Assembly: GCA_964618805.1 (NCBI GenBank)
Contig: CAZUBM010000020.1
Span: 1-36,217, forward strand
Reading direction: 5' to 3'
From: an uncultured Nitrososphaerota archaeon
GTDB lineage: Archaea; Korarchaeota; Korarchaeia; Korarchaeales; Korarchaeaceae
Length of the DNA: 36,217 nt
Shown here: positions 9,463-18,479 of the stretch, piece by piece
Position numbering within the stretch: position 1 is the first letter of the stretch
How the letters are laid out: each line of letters opens with the position of its first letter
Position numbers and translations under genes: made by a program
Notes under the pieces: model-generated
What the model saw: only the letters and a program-made list of their open reading frames with translations
Databases searched by the model: none
What the model was told of the DNA's origin: nothing

Positions 9463-10192
9463 TTGCCGTCACCTCAACGAAGACTTCTTCCAAGTTAGCT
9501 GCACGATGTTTCCTCTTTATTTCTTCTGGAGGTCCCTCCTCTACCAAGTTGCCTTTGTGTAATAGGCCAACCCTATCGCACAAAGTCTCTACTTCCAGCA
9601 TGTTGTGGCTGGACAACAGAACGGTAAGACCTCTATCTTCTACGTACCTCCTAATGACGCTCCTTACGTGATGGGCATGTATCACGTCCAATCCGCTAGT
9701 GGGCTCATCCAGAATAGCAAGCTTTGGTTGCACCATAAGCGTCCTTGCCAGAGCCAGCCTCCTCTTCATTCCTTGGCTGTACGTCTTCACCTTATCCCTT
9801 ATCCTTCCTTCAAGCCCTGAGATGCTAATGCCCTCTTCTACCATTTCTTGCAGATTGGATTCGTCCGTTGCATAGAATGAAGCCATAAACTTGAGATATT
9901 CAAGACCGGATAGGTTCCTGTAAGCTCCAGCTTCCTCAGGAAGGTAGCTTATTATCGCTCTAACCCTATGAGCGTTCTTTACCACATCATATCCGAAAAC
10001 TCTCGCTTCCCCTGAGTCTGGCCGTATGAGAGTCGCCAAAATCCTCAAAGTTGTGGTCTTTCCAGCTCCATTGGGCCCTATTAGCCCATATATTTCACCC
10101 TTTTCTATTTTAAAAGAGAGCTCTCTGAGGGCTCTTATCTTTCCATAGCTCTTCGTCAATTTAACCACAAATACTGCTTGCTCTGATGCCAT
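9455..10192 (-). CDS. ABC transporter ATP-binding protein, NatA-like
   Basis: GPNGAGKTT, YSQGMKRR, ILDEPTSGLD, SSHNMLEVE. Start placed at ATG 10192 (MASEQ) rather than 10276. Confidence 0.92.
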   Translation of the reverse strand: MASEQAVFVVKLTKSYGKIRALRELSFKIEKGEIYGLIGPNGAGKTTTLRILATLIRPDSGEARVFGYDVVKNAHRVRAIISYLPEEAGAYRNLSGLEYLKFMASFYATDESNLQEMVEEGISISGLEGRIRDKVKTYSQGMKRRLALARTLMVQPKLAILDEPTSGLDVIHAHHVRSVIRRYVEDRGLTVLLSSHNMLEVETLCDRVGLLHKGNLVEEGPPEEIKRKHRAANLEEVFVEVTAIA

Positions 10193-10350
10193 GTAACCTG
10201 TACCTCTTCTTTTTTGGACTAAAATTCTACGGTTACTTGTGTTCATTAGGAAGTAATTAAAGATCTCGACATACAAAATCCTGTGATTATTCTAAATCAT
10301 TAAAATATGATTTAATGGAGGTGTTCTTTAATTTCGGACCGCCAAGAAAA

Positions 10351-11370
10351 TCAGTAAAATTCTAGCGTAGACTGCTTTCCCTTTATCTTAGCTTTCCTCA
10401 ACCTTTCTATTGCTTTTTTAACCCTTTCTCTCTGAAATCCTCTCTCTTCAACCAAAAACTCTATTAGACCATCTTCATCGACATCTTCCCATTTAAGCTC
10501 GTAATCAGCCGTGGCTGGAGGATTCAAGAAGATGTTTCTAATGGCGTCTATATCAGCATCGAGGGATATGTTTTCTCCTTCTAACACTCTTTCTAGAGTT
10601 CCATACTTCTTTATAAGCTTGTAAGCCTTAACTGGACCAATTCCTTTAACTCCCTCGTTGTAGTCCGTGCCCATGAGGAGGCACATATCTACCAACTGTT
10701 CTCGTGTCAGATTAAGTTCTCTTAACGTTTCATCAAGCTTTATGAGTTCTGGCTTTAGTCTGTAATATCCTGGCGTTTTCCTGAGAAACTTCTTGCCTGT
10801 TATCGTTAAATTTCTCACGAGCCTTAAAGAGCCAAAGAGTAAGGAATCGTAATCCTGACTTGCAGAAGCCCAAACATCTCCAATTCTGGTCATATAAGCT
10901 GCCTGAGCCTCTCCTTCTGATGGAGCTTGAACCCAAGGGATGCCCATGTAGTCCAGTAGCTTCTTGCTATCATCAGCCATGCCTTTAGTAAGCCTCGATG
11001 TCTGTACTGCTTTGGCCCAAGCATCCCTAAGGTCTCCCCTTGCTACAGCCTCTTTCCACTTAACTTCTGCTTCTTTCTTCTTCTCAACTCTTTCTTCCAA
11101 TGTTCTACTCTTTAGCTGAGGAGGTCTTCCATCGTAGACATAAACTGGTCTTATTCCAGCTTCAATCAACCTTATAGTCCTAAAGAGGAGTCCATTCAAA
11201 TGAGAAGTGACTCTTCCATATTTATCGGTAAGAGGAACTCCATATCTTAGCCTTATTAATGCTAAAAACTGATAAAGGGCATTATAAGCATCAATAGCAA
11301 CGATTCTGCCTCTAAGCGACTCCAGCTTAATCTCATGCTTTACAACTAGTTTTGAAAGCTTAAGCCCCAT
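10351..11370 (-). CDS. fen: Flap endonuclease 1
   Basis: MG start, AIDAYNALYQFL, VYDG, APSEGEAQAA, SQDYDSLLFG, GTDYNEGVKGIGP (H3TH), C-terminal PIP-like KQSTLEFY. Start placed at ATG 11370. Confidence 0.97.
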   Translation of the reverse strand: MGLKLSKLVVKHEIKLESLRGRIVAIDAYNALYQFLALIRLRYGVPLTDKYGRVTSHLNGLLFRTIRLIEAGIRPVYVYDGRPPQLKSRTLEERVEKKKEAEVKWKEAVARGDLRDAWAKAVQTSRLTKGMADDSKKLLDYMGIPWVQAPSEGEAQAAYMTRIGDVWASASQDYDSLLFGSLRLVRNLTITGKKFLRKTPGYYRLKPELIKLDETLRELNLTREQLVDMCLLMGTDYNEGVKGIGPVKAYKLIKKYGTLERVLEGENISLDADIDAIRNIFLNPPATADYELKWEDVDEDGLIEFLVEERGFQRERVKKAIERLRKAKIKGKQSTLEFY

Positions 11371-11375
11371 TTCGA

Positions 11376-12539
11376 TCACTCAGTAAATGGCCTAAACTTC
11401 CACTCTTCTTTCTCCCGTAAAATCCTCCTTAAAATTTGCTCAGCAAGCTCATCAGGCAGGGATAGGAAAAGCCTTCCTAAATGCTTACAAAACTGCTTTT
11501 TAACGCAAACACGTCCCCAATCTGCGCAATCATGCAGCAATAGCCTCCTTGAAACATCTAGCTCTACTCTATATTCCTTAACCTTCGCTCTAATTGATTG
11601 AGGACTAGCTTCTATTACCTGCACGCTTGATTCAGGGATCTTTTTGGCTCTCTCGAATCTCCTCCTGTCCATGAAGCTCTCCAATAACTCTTCAACTGAA
11701 AGAGTCTCTATGAGCCCTTTAGGCTCAGAAATAGGTGGAGGAACCCCTTCTGGAGATATCTCTTCAAACCATTCCTCTAACTTACCCTTTGCTTCTACAG
11801 CCTGAGGTTTAAGCTCTAAACCTAGCATCTCAGCTAGTTCTAAACAATTCTTTGGAGCAAATGCCTTAAAGTGGTTATTGAAGTAACCGTAAACCTTTGC
11901 CTTTGAGGCAGCCTCCCTTACTTTGGGCACCCATTCTTGCAATTCCTCCTTTGAGTAATGGTAGTTGTACCATGGTCTAGATCCTCTGCCATGCCACCTT
12001 ATGTAAACGAAGTCTGCCGTTAATACAAGGTCCGGGGGTAAAAGGGGCTCATCTACAACCACATACGCAACATTATGTGCCTCAAGAATCTTCCAAGTCT
12101 CGTTGTTTAGCCAAGAGGGATCTCTAAATTCCACAGCGAACTTATGAGTTGAAGGAAGACCTTCTAAGAGCGACTTCAGGAGATCTGGCGAGAACTTGAG
12201 CCCTGGAGGGAGCTGGAAAAGCAATGGTCCAAGCTTGCCCTCCTTCCTAAGCGGCTCCATTAAGTCCAGGAATGTCTCAAGTTCCTTTTCGGTGCTTTCA
12301 AGCTTTTTCTTGTGGGTTATCGTCTTTGGAACTTTTGCAGCGAATTCAAAATTTTCTGGAGCTTTCTTAGCCCAGAATTGAACCATCCATCCCGGAGGAA
12401 GGGCGTAAAAGGTCGAATTTATCTCAACTGTGTCAAAAATCTTAACATAATGATCAAACATCCATTTTTTCTCCTTATAGAAAGGTCCAATCCAGTCCTC
12501 GTAGCTCCAGCCGGACGTTCCAAGTAGTATTCTTTTCAT
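11376..12539 (-). CDS. DUF72 (YecE-like) TIM-barrel protein with C-terminal SWIM-like zinc finger
   Basis: GTSGWSY, TVEINSTFY, KTITH, LFQLPP, AVEFRDPSW, YIRWHGR, YFNNH DUF72 motifs; Pro-rich linker; HDCADW...FCKH. Confidence 0.9.
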   Translation of the reverse strand: MKRILLGTSGWSYEDWIGPFYKEKKWMFDHYVKIFDTVEINSTFYALPPGWMVQFWAKKAPENFEFAAKVPKTITHKKKLESTEKELETFLDLMEPLRKEGKLGPLLFQLPPGLKFSPDLLKSLLEGLPSTHKFAVEFRDPSWLNNETWKILEAHNVAYVVVDEPLLPPDLVLTADFVYIRWHGRGSRPWYNYHYSKEELQEWVPKVREAASKAKVYGYFNNHFKAFAPKNCLELAEMLGLELKPQAVEAKGKLEEWFEEISPEGVPPPISEPKGLIETLSVEELLESFMDRRRFERAKKIPESSVQVIEASPQSIRAKVKEYRVELDVSRRLLLHDCADWGRVCVKKQFCKHLGRLFLSLPDELAEQILRRILREKEEWKFRPFTE

Positions 12540-12567
12540 GATCCCATGCTTCTTAAGTTACAGACCC

Positions 12568-12580
12568 TTTAATAACCTTT
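12568..12580 (-). promoter_or_regulatory. Putative BRE/TATA of the DUF72-fen operon
   Basis: AAAGGTTATTAAA on the minus strand, about 30 nt upstream of ATG 12539. Confidence 0.5.
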
Positions 12581-12723
12581 AACTGGAAAGAAAAAAGTCT
12601 GTTTAATTTAATTTGCAGGCTAATTTAGCAAAAATGTTCGAAATGTGCTTTATGTGCATAAAAGGAACTTTCATCGACATAAACCAGAAGTTTGCCAAGA
12701 GGACAGTTTAATATCTAGTGCAT

Positions 12724-13146
12724 CTATGTGGTTTCCTCCTTAGTCCTATGGACAAGTCTGTAAAACTTTCCCCTCCCCTTCTTCTCGATTCTCTCTACAA
12801 TTCCAGCAGCTTCAAGTTTCTTAAGCTTAGCAGCAACAATTCTTCTGGATGCTGTTCCTCTGACTTCTCTAAGAGCATTAGTCAGTTGACTTACATTCAT
12901 GGGCGTCTCTGCTAGTATTCGAACAATGTGCCTCTCAACATCTCCTTCTAAGTCCATTGCAAGCCGTTCTACTTTCAAAGTAAATCCAATTAATCTGGAA
13001 TAAGAGTCAAGAACCGCTTTAGCTATTCTAAGGGAGTTGTATAGCTCAGATTCCGAACTCCTTAGATCTTTTAGTTCTTCTTCTATCTTTGCTATCCTTG
13101 ATGCAAGTTCTTCAAGCTTTCTCATCACCTCTTCGAGGTCAACCAA
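12724..13146 (-). CDS. Coiled-coil plus winged-helix (ArsR-like) DNA-binding protein
   Basis: N-terminal heptads (LEEVMRKLEELASRIAKIEEELKDL); wHTH MNVSQLTNAL...SRRIVAAKLKKLEAAGIVER. Confidence 0.8.
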   Translation of the reverse strand: MVDLEEVMRKLEELASRIAKIEEELKDLRSSESELYNSLRIAKAVLDSYSRLIGFTLKVERLAMDLEGDVERHIVRILAETPMNVSQLTNALREVRGTASRRIVAAKLKKLEAAGIVERIEKKGRGKFYRLVHRTKEETT

Positions 13147-13382
13147 CGTAAGACGCCCCCTAATCCTGGGTAGCGGGGAACAACTATGTCTTCAAGCTTT
13201 CTTATCACATCTTCGCTGAATCCAGCCTTCTTTAGCTCAGCCCTGACTATTCTTAGGGCCCTCCACCTTCTCCACTTTACCCTTGCAAAAATGAAGCCTA
13301 TGTATGGTAGAAATGCTATAAACACAGCTATTAGAATCAGAAATGATAGTGTTATATCTAAGAGGGCCCTAATCTTCGCCAA
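13125..13382 (-). CDS. Small single-TM membrane protein of unknown function
   Basis: Hydrophobic N-terminal helix, basic stop-transfer segment RVKWRRWR; start abuts the upstream stop and the end overlaps the downstream start. Confidence 0.7.
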   Translation of the reverse strand: MAKIRALLDITLSFLILIAVFIAFLPYIGFIFARVKWRRWRALRIVRAELKKAGFSEDVIRKLEDIVVPRYPGLGGVLRWLTSKR

Positions 13383-13715
13383 TTACTCTTCCTCCTCTCC
13401 TTTTACTTCTCTCTCCACCCTTCTTTCCCATCTCCTGCCAGATGAAAATATCTCTTTTAGGATGGAAGTTGGGTTAACGAAGTTTTCTCTGGTAAGCTCA
13501 AGAGCCAAATCAGCTGGAAATCCTTGCTCAATTAGCTCGTTATAGAAGGCGGCTATAGTCCTAGCCCTTTCTCTGGCTTCCTCTGGAGTTACACTAAGGG
13601 ACATTAGTTCCTTCAGGGGACCTATCAAATCCCTTAGAAGACCTGGGACCTCCGTCCTGATCACAGATAGAACTTCTCTCAGCTCCTCTATATCTCCTTT
13701 TTCTTCTTCGCTCAT
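13383..13715 (-). CDS. Hypothetical helical protein
   Basis: Protein-like composition from MSEEEKG (ATG 13715); AFYNELIEQGFPADLALEL motif; first gene of a tightly coupled three-gene run. Confidence 0.75.
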   Translation of the reverse strand: MSEEEKGDIEELREVLSVIRTEVPGLLRDLIGPLKELMSLSVTPEEARERARTIAAFYNELIEQGFPADLALELTRENFVNPTSILKEIFSSGRRWERRVEREVKGEEEE

Positions 13716-13761
13716 CTTTCTGACACCAAGCTTGTATAGAGTGATCATAGAAATAACTTTG

Positions 13762-13790
13762 CTGTTCAGTTCTGAACATTGTGTGAACAG
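13762..13790. promoter_or_regulatory. Candidate operator: perfect inverted repeat plus a third half-site
   Basis: TGTTCAG-TT-CTGAACA (13763-13778) and a further TGAACA at 13784-13789, directly upstream of minus-strand AAAGTTATTT (BRE/TATA-like). Confidence 0.6.
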
Positions 13791-13944
13791 TTGAAAACTC
13801 ATTTGCTAGCAAATAATCGTAGCTAAAAATCCTAAATCGTTATATGTAGCAGGTAAAGCTCTAATCACTTAAGGGACCGGTTAGAAAGGCTATCGAAACT
13901 TAATAGCTATTCTTTATATCTAATAGAGAAATGAAAAATCAACC

Positions 13945-14484
13945 ATGATTTCTAGAGAAGAAGCCACCCTTCTAATCTATGAACATCTAGATAAGGAGAA
14001 GATTAAGCATTCAATTTTAGTCTCAAGGATTATGAAAAGCCTTGCAAAGAATTTTTGTAAAGATCAGAATAAATGGGAACTGGTAGGTTTACTGCATGAT
14101 TTGGACTATGAAATAACAAGGACAGACAGAAAACAACACGGAATCGTTGCAGCTAAGATGCTTGAGGGCAAGCTTCCAGAAGAATGCCTCCATGCAATTA
14201 AAGCGCATGATCATAGGACCGGAGTAAAGCCCACTAGCTTGATCGACATGGCTCTCATAGTTTCTGATATAATTGCAGTTTTGGTTAGTGGAATAGCTTC
14301 AAAGGCTAGCTATGGGAAAATTGGTCAAATGAAAATTGATGAAATTAGGAGAGAGCTGGAGAAAGAATCGTTGTTCAAAGAAAAACTCGGAGCCAGGCTG
14401 AGAGATCTCTGTAGTGAGATCGATCTGACTATAGAGGATCTTATCGGTATAGCGATAGATTCTATCATCGAAGATCGCAGATAG
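13945..14484 (+). CDS. HD-domain (HDIG) metal-dependent phosphohydrolase
   Basis: KHS...GLLHDLDYE...HG...IKAH...SD motif series. Confidence 0.85.
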   Translation: MISREEATLLIYEHLDKEKIKHSILVSRIMKSLAKNFCKDQNKWELVGLLHDLDYEITRTDRKQHGIVAAKMLEGKLPEECLHAIKAHDHRTGVKPTSLIDMALIVSDIIAVLVSGIASKASYGKIGQMKIDEIRRELEKESLFKEKLGARLRDLCSEIDLTIEDLIGIAIDSIIEDRR

Positions 14485-14631
14485 ACTTACAGGCAGGATT
14501 ACTCATCCTTTCTACAAATATCTCACTTCCAATTTTAATTCTTCTCGAGGAAAAAGGCTCATATAATCTCTTTCTCTCTGAAAGAAGAGGAATTAAATAG
14601 ATAAGAATATTCTAAACATATAGATGTTGGA

Positions 14632-15262
14632 ATGGAAGTTGTTGGGCTGAATTGTAGTGCAAGAAAAAAGCAATACATCGAAAGCAGTTCAGCTTGCACT
14701 AAATTATCTAAAATCCATGGACCTCGAAACTGAGTATTACAACCTGAGGGATTTCGACATAAGGCCATGTAGGAGGTGTGATATGGAGTGCTATTTCGAA
14801 AGACCTTATCCAGATATTAGAGAAGCTGAAAAACTTGCTTCTTTGCTAGAGGTAGGATATGCCATAATAGTTGGGACTCCGGTTTACAACGGAACAATAC
14901 CAGCCAATCTAGCTGCTTTCTTAGAGAGAAATCCTTTTCCCTACGACGAAGTGCTCGTGGGAAAGGTGACAGGAGCCATTATAATCAGAAGCCTCGGAAG
15001 CGTTGTAGCTCTACTTATGCTAACTTCTTGGCTAGCTCCAAAGAGAAAATTCGTAGGCTGGGTTAATTTGGATCCTAGATTGACAGCAGCTAGAGATCCA
15101 TCGCTTAAGAACGCTTGGCTAGAAGGAACTATGTTGCAGGGCGAGATAAACAAAAAGCAGGTCATAGAAGTGGAAAAATCGATTTATAATGAGCTAAAAA
15201 TAACACAGTTCCATTTCAGCACTAGATTGATGGTTAAATGTAGCTTGTCTTGCAATATATAA
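14632..15262 (+). pseudogene. Flavodoxin-fold NADPH-dependent FMN reductase / iron-sulfur flavoprotein family, frameshifted near the N-terminus
   Basis: ATG 14632 gives MEVVGLNCSARK; the continuation SNTSKAV...PCRRCDMEC...GTPVYNG is in the +1 frame across the A6 run at 14664-14669. Confidence 0.72.
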
Positions 15263-15292
15263 ACAATTAAGCTTTCAGAGAGGATAAGCTTT

Positions 15293-16291
15293 GTGATCGA
15301 CTTGAGGCTTCAATTACCTAGAATAAGGCTAGCCCATCTCCCAACTCCTTTAGAGTATCTCCCACGTCTTTCAAAATATTTGGGTGGTCCAAAAATTTGG
15401 ATTAAGCGAGATGATCTCACAGGACCGTCTTTTGGAGGAAATAAGGTAAGAAAACTGGAATTTGTAATGGCAGATGCGCTAGAGAAGGGAGCCAATGTTG
15501 TCATCACCACAGGCGGCATTCAATCCAACCATGCCAGATCAACAGCTGCAGTAGCAAGCAAACTGGGAGTAAAAGCTATTTTGGTGCTAAGAGGAAAAAG
15601 ACCATCCGAAATAAGTGGTAATTTGCTTCTTGACAAGCTCTTTGGAGCGGATGTCAGGTTCTTTCCGGTTGAAAGAGAAGAAATTCCTGGCATAATGGAA
15701 GAAATTGCCGACGAGTTGAGGAAAAAAGGGGATAAGCCATACATCATACCTCTAGGAGCTTCCTTTCCAATAGGTGCAGTTGGCTATGTTAATGCCGTAA
15801 TTGAACTCTCTAATCAAGCAAGTCAGAAGGGTTTAAAGATAGACTGGATAGTACATACCGCAGGCTCAGGAGGAACCCAGGCTGGCTTGGTCTTTGGAAC
15901 TAAGATGTTAAAAATGCAAGCGAAAGTCCTGGGGATTAGCATGGGTCCAGATGCTGACAGTCTAAGAAGTGCCTCACTAAAGATAGCAGAAGGAATTGCA
16001 AGTCTTTTGAACCTCGATATTCATTTTACCCCTCAAGACTTTAGAGTTATAGATGATTATACCGGAGAGGAAGGTAAACTTTCTAAAGATATCGTTGAGG
16101 CAATAAAAACGATGGCAAGGACCGAAGGGATAATGCTAGATCCAGTATATACCGCAAAAGCCATGATGGGAACAATAGACCTGATTAAAAAGGACTTTTT
16201 TGATTCTAATGATAACATAGTATTTTTGCATAGCGGAGGATTGCCTGGTCTCTTTGCTTATGAAAGAGAGCTTTCAGCCCTAGTAAGCTAA
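15293..16291 (+). CDS. D-cysteine desulfhydrase family PLP enzyme (ACC deaminase homolog)
   Basis: KRDDL, GGNKVRKLE, QSNHAR, GSGGTQAGL, LDPVYTAKA. Y-T (not Y-E) and HSGG (not HLGG) argue against a true ACC deaminase. Confidence 0.9.
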   Translation: MIDLRLQLPRIRLAHLPTPLEYLPRLSKYLGGPKIWIKRDDLTGPSFGGNKVRKLEFVMADALEKGANVVITTGGIQSNHARSTAAVASKLGVKAILVLRGKRPSEISGNLLLDKLFGADVRFFPVEREEIPGIMEEIADELRKKGDKPYIIPLGASFPIGAVGYVNAVIELSNQASQKGLKIDWIVHTAGSGGTQAGLVFGTKMLKMQAKVLGISMGPDADSLRSASLKIAEGIASLLNLDIHFTPQDFRVIDDYTGEEGKLSKDIVEAIKTMARTEGIMLDPVYTAKAMMGTIDLIKKDFFDSNDNIVFLHSGGLPGLFAYERELSALVS

Positions 16292-16447
16292 TTTTCATGC
16301 CTCAAACATATAGTAGCTCTCTCTATGTTTGATAGAATGTGTTACTAATGATGTTTCGAAAAAAGGGGTTGATGAGGTAGCATAGCAAAGTTCTTGAAGG
16401 TAAAAGATTTATGAAACGATTTTATGGTTCCATTGCTCTTTGCATCG

Positions 16448-16780
16448 ATGTCTGAGCTCTATGATGTGGAGGAATTCTGGAAGTTCGATATGAGGGTGGG
16501 CCTTATAAAGAACGCAGAAAGAGTGCCAAAATCCAAGAAATTAATCAAGCTGACGGTGAGTTTTGGTGAGGAGGAAAGGACCATAGTAACAGGCATAGCT
16601 GACCAGTACTCGCCTGAAGACTTGTTGGGAAAGAAAATGATCTTTGTTCTCAATCTGAAACCAAAGAGTATCATGGGAATTGAAAGTAACGGCATGCTCG
16701 TTGTGGCAGAGGAGGAATCTGGAAGGGTTCACTTGATAGAGGTTAAGGAAGAGATACCTGTCGGGACAAAGGTTTGGTAA
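16448..16780 (+). CDS. OB-fold tRNA-binding protein (Trbp111/CsaA/MetRS C-terminal-like)
   Basis: DMRVGLI, KLIKLTV, RTIVTGI, NLKPKSIMGIESNGML. Start probably ATG 16448. Confidence 0.9.
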   Translation: MSELYDVEEFWKFDMRVGLIKNAERVPKSKKLIKLTVSFGEEERTIVTGIADQYSPEDLLGKKMIFVLNLKPKSIMGIESNGMLVVAEEESGRVHLIEVKEEIPVGTKVW

Positions 16781-17004
16781 TCGTTTACCTTCAAAATACT
16801 TGAAAAGATTTCATGTTGATGCAATAAGGTTTTTCTAAACCAATGAAAGAAAAAGCTATATCTAGAGCTCTTTGCAATGCTGCACATTTCGGAGAACAGT
16901 ATTGCACCCTCAAAAAGAGATAATGGAGAATGAAACCACCTGACATGAGCGAGAGAATATTATTACATTGAAATGAAGTAAGCTAGTAGGCTTCCTCTTT
17001 ATTC

Positions 17005-18276
17005 TCAAGTCGAACTATAGTAAAAAGTGGATCCGTCTTTCATAACGTATGAAACTCTTTTTAGCGCCGTTATGTCTTCTAAAGGATTTTCATCTACAGC
17101 TATCACGTCAGCGAGTTTTCCCTCCTCTAAGGTGCCTATCCTGTCTTCTACACCTATGCACTCTGCTGCAACCTTTGTTGCAGCTAAAATCGCATCCATT
17201 GGCTTCATCCCAACCTTAACCATAGTTATTGGCTCATCAGCATTATTTCCATGCTCTCTGAGGGGCGCACCGAAATAGTCAGAGCCAGCAGCAATCTTCA
17301 CACCTGCTTTGTATGCCATCATGAGGCTCTTAGGCATGGCATCTATGCACATCTTCTGCTTCTTAAGCCTCCATGGAGGCATATCATATGGTCTTTCAAG
17401 AGATTTCTTGTAGACCTCCAAGAGAGCTATCGTTGGAACGAAGAACAACCCCTTGCTGAGCATCATCTCCACAGCTTCTTCATCCAAAAAGTAGCCATGC
17501 TCTATAGAGTCAACTCCTCCATCGATAGCATTTTTTACGCCTTCTGCTCCTTGAGCATGAGTAGCAACCCTTTTTCCTATCCTATGAGCCTCCTCTGTTA
17601 TTGCCCTAATCTCCTCTACAGTAAACTGAGGAGTCCAAGGGTGATCCTTTTCAGAACCAATTCCTCCGGTCGTGCAGATCTTAATGAAGTCAGCTCCCTC
17701 CCTTAAAGCTTCTCTAGCAGCCCTTCTACAATCATCTGGCCCATCAGCGAGTAGACAGCCCATTTTTATTGCTTCTTCCCTTGAGAGATAGTGAATATCT
17801 CCATGTCCACCCGTCTGAGATATTACTCTGCCTGCAGCGTAAATCCTAGGTCCTGGTATGATTCCTCTATCTATGGCTTTCTTTAAGGAAAGCGCGATCT
17901 TAGAGCCGCAGTCCCTAACAGTAGTAAATCCAGCTTTTAGAAGCTTAAAACAATCTTCAGCAGCTATTAGCACAAGAAAATCGTGGGGATTAACAATTCT
18001 ATCTGCTAGGCTGTAAGCTCTGGCGCCTATTATGTGAACATGAGCGTCTATGAGGCCAGGAAGGATGCATTTATGGCCAAGATCGATTACCTTTGCCTCA
18101 TTTGGTATCCTAACATCCCCCTCTTTTCCAACAGAGGATATCTTATTGCCTTCTACAACTACAACTCCTTTCCTTATAGGATCTGCTCCAGTTCCATCTA
18201 TTAAGATGGATGCCTTTAGGGCAATTACCTTTGCCTCACCTTCAGGTCTCCTTTCTAAGTAGAAAGAGCTCACCAA
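17005..18276 (-). CDS. Metal-dependent amidohydrolase (prolidase/carboxypeptidase-like subgroup)
   Basis: PGLIDAHVH, GFTTVRDCG, IKICTTGG, ATHAQG, SIEHG, GSD, GKLADVI. Confidence 0.9.
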   Translation of the reverse strand: MVSSFYLERRPEGEAKVIALKASILIDGTGADPIRKGVVVVEGNKISSVGKEGDVRIPNEAKVIDLGHKCILPGLIDAHVHIIGARAYSLADRIVNPHDFLVLIAAEDCFKLLKAGFTTVRDCGSKIALSLKKAIDRGIIPGPRIYAAGRVISQTGGHGDIHYLSREEAIKMGCLLADGPDDCRRAAREALREGADFIKICTTGGIGSEKDHPWTPQFTVEEIRAITEEAHRIGKRVATHAQGAEGVKNAIDGGVDSIEHGYFLDEEAVEMMLSKGLFFVPTIALLEVYKKSLERPYDMPPWRLKKQKMCIDAMPKSLMMAYKAGVKIAAGSDYFGAPLREHGNNADEPITMVKVGMKPMDAILAATKVAAECIGVEDRIGTLEEGKLADVIAVDENPLEDITALKRVSYVMKDGSTFYYSST

Positions 18277-18479
18277 TCTCCCCCTAGGTAGGCTAAATGG
18301 TTTTTCTTAAATTGTTTTTGAGTAAATTAATGCGATATTATGAAGAACCGCTTTTTCAGAATGAATCTTGTCTAATAACAGCAAATATCATCTACAAACA
18401 AAAAAAAGAGTTTCACCCTTTAATTGTGAATCAATTGCCAGTTGCATGTTTAAAAGATCATTATACAGGAAATTCGCTT

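Noticed and set aside
14664-14670. A-AAA-AAG slippery heptamer suggesting programmed -1 frameshifting
   Set aside because: The downstream domain is in the +1 frame; a -1 slip reaches a stop within a few codons.
15293-16291. ACC deaminase (acdS) call
   Set aside because: Lacks the diagnostic Glu (DPVYE) and Leu (HLGG); has DPVYT and HSGG.
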